Shown here: positions 58,220 through 64,000 of the stretch, one piece after another | Layout: every line of letters begins with the position of its first letter | Position numbering within the stretch: position 1 is the first letter of the stretch | Made by a program: the position numbers and the translations under genes | From: Fibrobacteria bacterium | Lineage (GTDB): Bacteria > Fibrobacterota > Fibrobacteria > UBA11236 | Assembly (NCBI GenBank): GCA_041746255.1 | Contig: JBGTHM010000053.1 | Coordinates: forward strand, 32,001-96,000 | DNA: 64,000 bases | Reading direction: 5' to 3' | The notes under the pieces: generated by a model | Databases searched by the model: none | Seen by the model: the letters and a program-made list of their open reading frames with translations, nothing else | What the model was told of the DNA's origin: nothing

Positions 58220-58819
58220 TTAGGCCCCGTTTTTGGTAACCTGCAGATCGCGCAGCAGTCCGTCCTGAAGGTCGTAGATCCATCCGTGAATCGACAATTC
58301 CTGCCCTTCTTTCCAGGCTTCGACGATGATGGGAAGTTTTTCCAACACGCCCACATGGGAAATCACGTTGAGTTCGCAAAGGCGTTGCCAACGGGCCGCC
58401 TCGTCCGGAAGGGAATCGAGTTCCTCCGCATGTTTTTTTCTCAAAGTACGTACCGGAGTCAACCACCCTTCCAAGGGCTCGGTGGTGGGAGGCCCGAAGG
58501 CGGCTTGTACTCCACCGCAACGATAGTGACCGCAGACGATAATATGGGAAATCTTGAGGACTTCAACCGAATATTGCACGACGGCCAGACAATTTGGGTC
58601 GTCGGGTCGCACCACATTTGCGACATTGCGGTGTACGAAAAGTTCGCCCGGAGCGAGCCCCACGATATCGTTCGCGGGCACACGACTATCAGAACAGCCG
58701 ATCCAAAGATAGTCCGGTCTTTGAATCGCGCAAAGACGCTGGAAAAATTTCGGATCTTGGGCGGTTTTTTGCGCTGCCCAGGCGCGATTGCTGTCAAATA
58801 GATTGGAAAGTAAACGCAT
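58220..58819 (-). CDS. can: Beta-class carbonic anhydrase
   Basis: WIGCSDSRV, FVHRNVAN, CGHYRCGG. Confidence 0.93.
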   Translation of the reverse strand: MRLLSNLFDSNRAWAAQKTAQDPKFFQRLCAIQRPDYLWIGCSDSRVPANDIVGLAPGELFVHRNVANVVRPDDPNCLAVVQYSVEVLKISHIIVCGHYRCGGVQAAFGPPTTEPLEGWLTPVRTLRKKHAEELDSLPDEAARWQRLCELNVISHVGVLEKLPIIVEAWKEGQELSIHGWIYDLQDGLLRDLQVTKNGA

Positions 58820-58917
58820 TTTAGTCCTTGGTTTTTCGCAAAAAATAACATAAAAGCCGGAGGGGCCCGGGATTTACTTGCCACGGATAATGGGGGAGGC
58901 AGAGGCAGGGCTTTTCT

Positions 58918-59391
58918 CTAATTCAACCGCCAAATTGCGGCATTTAAGAGAGTCGCGAAGGTAACCCAGAGCAAGTAGGGAATTTGCAGGTAGGCGGCGG
59001 TTTTATTCACCCGCAAGAAAATCCCAATTTGAATCGCTATGACAACCCAGAGCAGAATAATCCACGCCAAGGCCGCGCCAAGCCACTGGAAGGAGAAGAA
59101 GATGAAGCTCCATCCGAAATTGAGAGCCAGTTGCAATGCGAAAATTCCAAGGGCCTTGGTGCGAGCCGTTCCGGACGGAGACTTCCAAATCAGGTAAAGG
59201 GAAATCCCCATGAGAATATAGAGTAGCGTCCATACCGGCCCAAATAGGTAATTGGGTGGTTGGAAGATGGGTTTCTCCAGCGAAGCATACCACGGTTCCA
59301 GGTTGCTTGTCGTGGCTCTGCCGGCAATTCCACCGACGGCGAGGGGAATGGCGATGCTGATGATGAGAGCGGGAATATCCCTGGGTTTCAT
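58918..59391 (-). CDS. tspO: TspO/MBR family protein
   Basis: WYASLEKP.FQPP..FGPVWT.LY, QLALNFGWS, PYLLWVTFA. Start at MKPRD after GAGGT. Confidence 0.93.
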   Translation of the reverse strand: MKPRDIPALIISIAIPLAVGGIAGRATTSNLEPWYASLEKPIFQPPNYLFGPVWTLLYILMGISLYLIWKSPSGTARTKALGIFALQLALNFGWSFIFFSFQWLGAALAWIILLWVVIAIQIGIFLRVNKTAAYLQIPYLLWVTFATLLNAAIWRLN

Positions 59392-59429
59392 ACCTCGAAT
59401 ATAAGTTGTAGCGGCAAGAGGAGTGAAAT

Positions 59430-60290
59430 TCAATCTTGAATATTCTTCAGCATGAGTGCCGCCAAACCAATGGAGATGATGTTGAAAACGGGAATGATGA
59501 ATATAACCGGTATGATATTGTAACCCAGAAAACCCATGGCCACGACTTTGGCGGTGAGGGCCGTCATCAGAAACGCCAGGAATATCAAGTAAACCGGAGC
59601 GAGAAGAAAACCCAATGGTTTTTTCCGCAAAAGTAATAGTCCGGAGACGAATGCCAAGGGAAGCAGAAGCCCCAAGTCCAATCCCTGTACCACAAGGGTG
59701 GTATAATGCTCGACTTCTGGAGGAATAACAGTCCCGCTCAAAAGGGGAGGAAAAACGATTCCCAACCAGAGAAAGGCAATGGCGATGGAGCTGAAAAGAA
59801 GAAATCCGCCGGCAGCCCGGATGGGAGAACGGGAATGAAAGGCCGCTGGAAGCTGGGCGGGGACGAAAGAAAGGAGGGTGAGAGACAAGGCAAAGAAAGT
59901 GCAAGTGAGTAACGACACATAGACAAGAAATAATTCATTGTACATGGCCATCACCAAATAGAAAAGATAGGTGACGAAAAAATAGCCGAGAGTGCCCGCG
60001 AGGAGGAATCGTCCCTTTGTAGACCCTTTCCGAGCCCACGCGAGAGCGATTAATAAAAGGGGGATTCCCAAAAAAAGCGTGACATAGTCTTGGGCGATGC
60101 CTTGCGGAGCTACCTCCGCCGACATATGCCTATAAATACCGAAACCGTATAAAGTTATGGTTTTCCCGCGGACGGTTTCATGTTCGGTGGGACCGGGTCC
60201 GTTGTCGGAAAAAATTCCCAGACTGGTTGCGAGTCCTGCCAAGAGGGCTATGAGGAGGGATAAAAGGGTCAGGGCTTTCTGATGCATCAT
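59430..60290 (-). CDS. Multi-pass membrane protein, hypothetical
   Basis: About eight hydrophobic segments; AQDYVTL and QGLDLG motifs; GGAGG SD. Confidence 0.75.
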   Translation of the reverse strand: MMHQKALTLLSLLIALLAGLATSLGIFSDNGPGPTEHETVRGKTITLYGFGIYRHMSAEVAPQGIAQDYVTLFLGIPLLLIALAWARKGSTKGRFLLAGTLGYFFVTYLFYLVMAMYNELFLVYVSLLTCTFFALSLTLLSFVPAQLPAAFHSRSPIRAAGGFLLFSSIAIAFLWLGIVFPPLLSGTVIPPEVEHYTTLVVQGLDLGLLLPLAFVSGLLLLRKKPLGFLLAPVYLIFLAFLMTALTAKVVAMGFLGYNIIPVIFIIPVFNIISIGLAALMLKNIQD

Positions 60291-60329
60291 CCCTCCGGAA
60301 ATTAATTTATACACCTTAGGAATGCACGA

Positions 60330-60977
60330 CTAGTCGGATAGCCCCGCTTCAAAGTTTTTAAAGGCGGTCAGAACTCGTTTTACCCTGTTTTCGATAATCA
60401 GTTTGTTCGGGGTATTATCGGAGTCATCGGGTAAAGTCAAAAATACTCGATACACCTTGATGGCAACTACCGCTTGTTGGGTAGGATTGGAGGGAAGGAA
60501 CCCCTCGGGAAAATATTCGGCAAAATCACGAATGAATTTTCCCGCCGCTTGAACGGCGGCGAAACTTCGACTGTCTTCAACCGAGTCGACATCGAATTTC
60601 CAACGGACCGTCTGTTCGGCGATGCGCTTTTTATCCTCATCCACCGCAATTCCCGTAGCGGTAAAAATCCGGCAGTCGTAATTACGGCAAGTCTGGGGTC
60701 GAACATCGTAGATGGAGCATTTGTTATCGATAAACATGGGACAATGGCCATTTTGGTCATAGCCCAGTAATACGTGACCTTTGGGGAGTCCGGGTGCTCG
60801 AAATTGAAGCGACTTGGGAATTCGGGCGAGAGTTTTTGTTTCATCGGGTTTAATATGGATGAAATAGGAAGAAGTACAACAACCTCTACAATCGCCGCAG
60901 GGAACCTCGACGTCTTCACCCGAAACCAAGGCTCGCCGTGTACTGTTCAGCCAGGATGAGAAAGTTTCGTCGCGCAT
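60330..60977 (-). CDS. YkgJ-family cysteine cluster protein
   Basis: CGDCRGCC..CPMF..KCSIYDVRPQTCRNYDC. Confidence 0.88.
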   Translation of the reverse strand: MRDETFSSWLNSTRRALVSGEDVEVPCGDCRGCCTSSYFIHIKPDETKTLARIPKSLQFRAPGLPKGHVLLGYDQNGHCPMFIDNKCSIYDVRPQTCRNYDCRIFTATGIAVDEDKKRIAEQTVRWKFDVDSVEDSRSFAAVQAAGKFIRDFAEYFPEGFLPSNPTQQAVVAIKVYRVFLTLPDDSDNTPNKLIIENRVKRVLTAFKNFEAGLSD

Positions 60978-61069
60978 TTTCGGTTAATCAAGATAGCCAA
61001 ATAACCCCTTACCCTGGAACCACCCCCTTTGGAGGTGACGACTGACGGGGTAAAATGGCATAATCGAGT

Positions 61070-62269
61070 ATGGAATTTTCTCGAACCCTTCGAAATACCC
61101 CAACGTTAAGGGGAGATTTCATTTTGTGGGTCTGCTTGGGTGCCTATGTCGCAACGATATACGCTACCGTTCCATTCGTTACCGCTTGGAGAAAGACCCT
61201 GGTCGAAGCATTTGGATACGGCATATACGATTGGATCCTGTGGATTTTCGTCCCACCGGTGCTTGCCGTTTTGGTAGTGGTGTTACGCTATCGCCGCGGT
61301 CAGGATTTGGCGCGTAGTCTCATAATCCTGCTTGTGGTAGCCATTGCTTTCGGAGGCTATATGCTGCAGCTCAAATACCCTATTGAGCGGCTGCATTTCG
61401 CCCAATATGGATTATTGGGAGGATTTGCCTACTTCATCTCCCTCCGCAGGGGTGGGCCCGCATTTTCCGGTATTCTGGCCTTGTTGGTGACCTATCTGGC
61501 GGGGCTGGGAGACGAGTGGATACAAAGTCTCTCTCCCAACCGAGTGGGGGAAATCAGTGATGCCGGCTTGAACGTCCTTTCAGGCTTATTTGGAATTATT
61601 TTCGCGCAGGAAATATTCCAACCCAAAAAGTTCCAGGTTCGGAAAGGTTGGGTCTTGCGCGTGCGATTATTGCAGGGCATAGGCGTTGCGGCGGTGGGCC
61701 TAACCCTGCTGTTTATGGTCTCGGTGCATGGGTTCGGTTATCGCATTGAGAGTTTGGAGTCGGGAATATTTTATTCTGCTTTCTCCGAATCGGAATTAAA
61801 GTCGGGAAAAACCAGCGCGGGAAAGCCTTTGATAACTCATCCCGCCTATCTCAACGAAGGGGATCGTCATCTTTTCCAACGCGAGTTTTATTGCGAAAAC
61901 GATTTTTTAGCGGCGGATGGATCCTTTTATCGCAATTGGTCCCATTGTTGGATGGAAAATGCCGTGCTGGCGCGCTATTATGCAGGGTATTTGGAAAAAT
62001 TTTCCGAAGCGAAGGTGGGAAGCCGGTTAAAAAAAATCGATCGGAAATTTTCCGAAAAGGTAGCCGATAACCCGGTGGTGTGGAGCGAAGAAACCGCCCA
62101 GGCCATGCAAAGCGCGCGTCCTCAAACGTATTTAATTACTTCCCGAGTCAAGGGCACCTTGCTAACCGAAACCACTTTCCACGAGCTGGCCTTATTCAGC
62201 CTGATGGCTTGGATGGTTATCGCGTGGGCCGGCGCACAGGTTATCCGCCTTATTCCGAACGAAGATTGA
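61070..62269 (+). CDS. VanZ-like membrane protein with extracytoplasmic extension
   Basis: ERLHFAQYGLLG, DEWIQSLSPNRVG..D..LN. Confidence 0.8.
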   Translation: MEFSRTLRNTPTLRGDFILWVCLGAYVATIYATVPFVTAWRKTLVEAFGYGIYDWILWIFVPPVLAVLVVVLRYRRGQDLARSLIILLVVAIAFGGYMLQLKYPIERLHFAQYGLLGGFAYFISLRRGGPAFSGILALLVTYLAGLGDEWIQSLSPNRVGEISDAGLNVLSGLFGIIFAQEIFQPKKFQVRKGWVLRVRLLQGIGVAAVGLTLLFMVSVHGFGYRIESLESGIFYSAFSESELKSGKTSAGKPLITHPAYLNEGDRHLFQREFYCENDFLAADGSFYRNWSHCWMENAVLARYYAGYLEKFSEAKVGSRLKKIDRKFSEKVADNPVVWSEETAQAMQSARPQTYLITSRVKGTLLTETTFHELALFSLMAWMVIAWAGAQVIRLIPNED

Positions 62270-63164
62270 GGGGAAGCACCCGGTTCGATTCCCGTCCATA
62301 ACCCTTTATCACCACACTGTCCGAATAGAGGCTCATGAAGGCAAAGGCATTTTCTTCAGGGGTTTCTACCATGGCCTTCAGAGTCAGAAAATGGATTCCT
62401 GCGTATTCCCCGTATCCTCCCTGATGATTATGACCCGCCAAATAGGCTACGACTTGGGGGTGACGCTTTAAAAGCGAAAGTACCTCATCGTCATTCCACA
62501 GGTTGTAGATGCTTTCGGGAAAAATTGGAAAATGGCAAAAGACCATAACCCTTTGTTTTTTCTTTTCCGCCAAGGCCAGGGTTTGTTCCATCCAGGCCAA
62601 CTGCTGTTGACCAATACCGCCATTCCAAATTTTGGCTTGGGGTAGACTGGAAGCCTTGGTTTTTTCGAAAAGGCTGTCCCGCTCGACACTTTGGGAAGAA
62701 CCGGCTTGGGTTGCGTAAAAACTGAGATCGTTTCCGTCGAGTACGATAAAACGCCAATCCTTCCGCACGAATGTGTAATAGGCATGCGGCATTTGCAGAA
62801 TTTCGACGAGGCTGTCCTTCTGAGGTAAATCGACTTCATAATCGTGGTTTCCCAGCACATGGAATACCGGGAAATTCAGATTCTCAAAGGTGGCTAGGGT
62901 CGGAACAAAGTTTTTCCCGTCCCTTTCGATAAGGTCTCCCAACTGTATGAGGAAGGCCGGTTTTTCCATGGCCAGGGTCTGGACGGCTTCGCTCAGCTTA
63001 CCCAACGACGCGCTGTAATATCGAGTATCATTTGGATCACAAGGGCAATACTGGGCGTCCGCAATCAGCCCTATGCGAAGCGGTTTCTCGGGATGCCTGC
63101 ACCCTACGATGGTGAAGACCGTTACTAAAAAGTAGGGTAGCCGGAATAGAATGGGAAAGGTAAT
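62250..63164 (-). CDS. Calcineurin-like metallophosphoesterase lipoprotein (ADP-ribose/CDP-alcohol diphosphatase-like); non-canonical start
   Basis: GLIADAQY, QLGDLI, VLGNHD, CHFP and AGHNH motifs. The frame extends 53 codons upstream of TTG 63005 to an ATT preceded by GAGGGG. Confidence 0.8.
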   Translation of the reverse strand: MTFPILFRLPYFLVTVFTIVGCRHPEKPLRIGLIADAQYCPCDPNDTRYYSASLGKLSEAVQTLAMEKPAFLIQLGDLIERDGKNFVPTLATFENLNFPVFHVLGNHDYEVDLPQKDSLVEILQMPHAYYTFVRKDWRFIVLDGNDLSFYATQAGSSQSVERDSLFEKTKASSLPQAKIWNGGIGQQQLAWMEQTLALAEKKKQRVMVFCHFPIFPESIYNLWNDDEVLSLLKRHPQVVAYLAGHNHQGGYGEYAGIHFLTLKAMVETPEENAFAFMSLYSDSVVIKGYGRESNRVLPLNLRSE

Positions 63165-63304
63165 GGGTTATCCCCTCAGTTTCCGGTTGCGCCGAAAAGG
63201 ATGACTTTTTGAGATTCCATGGCCAAAATGTAAAAATTCCCGGGTTTGGACTCTAGATTTAAGCCGCTCCAACTCAATGGTTTTTATGGCTATTATTCCC
63301 TTCC

Positions 63305-64000
63305 ATGCCCCGTTCCGTCAGGCCCCCTGAACTTCTCGCCCCCGTCGGCGATATGGAAATGTGCCGGGCCGCCATCCACAACGGCGCGGATGCCATATAC
63401 GTGGGCTATCCCGGAGTTAATGCCCGCGGGCGTACCATTGACCATGACTGGGATGATTTGGATACGATGGTGGCCCTTTGTCATGGGTATGGCGTAAAAG
63501 TATTCCTGGCCATGAATGTGCTTATTTTCGAAAAGGAATTACGGCAATTGCTGGAAGACCTTCCCCGGGCCTTGGCCTTGGGAGTCGACGCTTTCATTGT
63601 CCAGGATTTGGGTTTGGTAAGGCTGTTAAAATTTTTGTGTCCCGAGCAAACCGTCCATGCCTCGACGCAAATGACCGTTACCAACCACGAGGCTATTTCC
63701 CTCACGGCTGATTTGGATATGGCCCGCTACGTTTTGGGTCGGGAAGTGTCGTTGACGGAAATGGAAGCCATACGCAACGGTACCGAAAAGGAATTGGAAG
63801 TTTTCGTCCACGGCGCTTTGTGTGTGGCCTATTCGGGGCAATGCCTGACCAGCGAGGGCTTCGGGGGCCGCTCCGCGAATCGCGGCCAATGCGCGCAATC
63901 GTGTCGCATGGAATACGATTTGATGGTGGACGGTGAGAGACGCGACTTGGGAGATAAGCGCTATCTGGTATCGCCCAAAGATCTTTGTGGACTGGAAGAC
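63305..64000 (+). CDS. Peptidase U32 family protein (RlhA/TrhP-like); runs off the right edge
   Basis: Manual translation: PELLAPVG..GADAIYVG..NAR, HASTQM, HGALCVAYSGQC..SANRGQCAQSCR, SPKDL. Confidence 0.9.
   Translation, partial: MPRSVRPPELLAPVGDMEMCRAAIHNGADAIYVGYPGVNARGRTIDHDWDDLDTMVALCHGYGVKVFLAMNVLIFEKELRQLLEDLPRALALGVDAFIVQDLGLVRLLKFLCPEQTVHASTQMTVTNHEAISLTADLDMARYVLGREVSLTEMEAIRNGTEKELEVFVHGALCVAYSGQCLTSEGFGGRSANRGQCAQSCRMEYDLMVDGERRDLGDKRYLVSPKDLCGLED

Noticed and set aside
58199..58237. Three imperfect 13-bp tandem units (CCCCGATTTTAGG-like)
   Set aside because: Short and degenerate, overlapping a stop codon, with no spacers; not CRISPR and no clear function.
59392..59904. Apparent 170-aa N-terminal extension of TspO
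   Set aside because: It is an alternate frame of the upstream membrane-protein gene; a normal-length TspO starts at 59391.
1..64000. CRISPR arrays, integrases, transposases, prophage genes, rRNA
   Set aside because: None recognised by reading; short or degenerate elements could have been missed without computation.

Overview
A ~55% GC bacterial chromosome segment. Five secreted proteins carry T9SS/Por-like C-terminal domains, which points to Fibrobacterota or a related FCB lineage (inference). Housekeeping genes include secDF, ppa, rlmN, lpxB, aspS, ahpC-dps (with a PerR/Fur-like box), pstSCAB-phoU (with a clear Pho box), a phoR-like kinase, an RND efflux operon, beta-carbonic anhydrase, TspO and a U32 protein. 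tRNA-His is followed by a small decayed island: a chimeric lipoprotein ORF and a broken DUF6088/AbiEii type IV toxin-antitoxin pair with its tandem operators intact. The best candidate for an undescribed system is 31591-40955, a co-oriented cluster encoding a membrane Ser/Thr kinase with PEGA domain (catalytic-loop N->H), a TPR membrane protein, a secreted VIT-domain protein, a lipoprotein, an FHA-GAF sigma54 activator, a cohesin-dockerin protein and a sensorless histidine kinase. Two of its intergenic regions share the same tandem palindromic block, 118-130 bp upstream of a GG-N10-GC sigma54 motif. Also notable are a small RND-operon protein that copies the last TM helix of its permease and a phosphoesterase that appears to start at ATT. 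All family calls come from motif recognition by eye; no database search was run.
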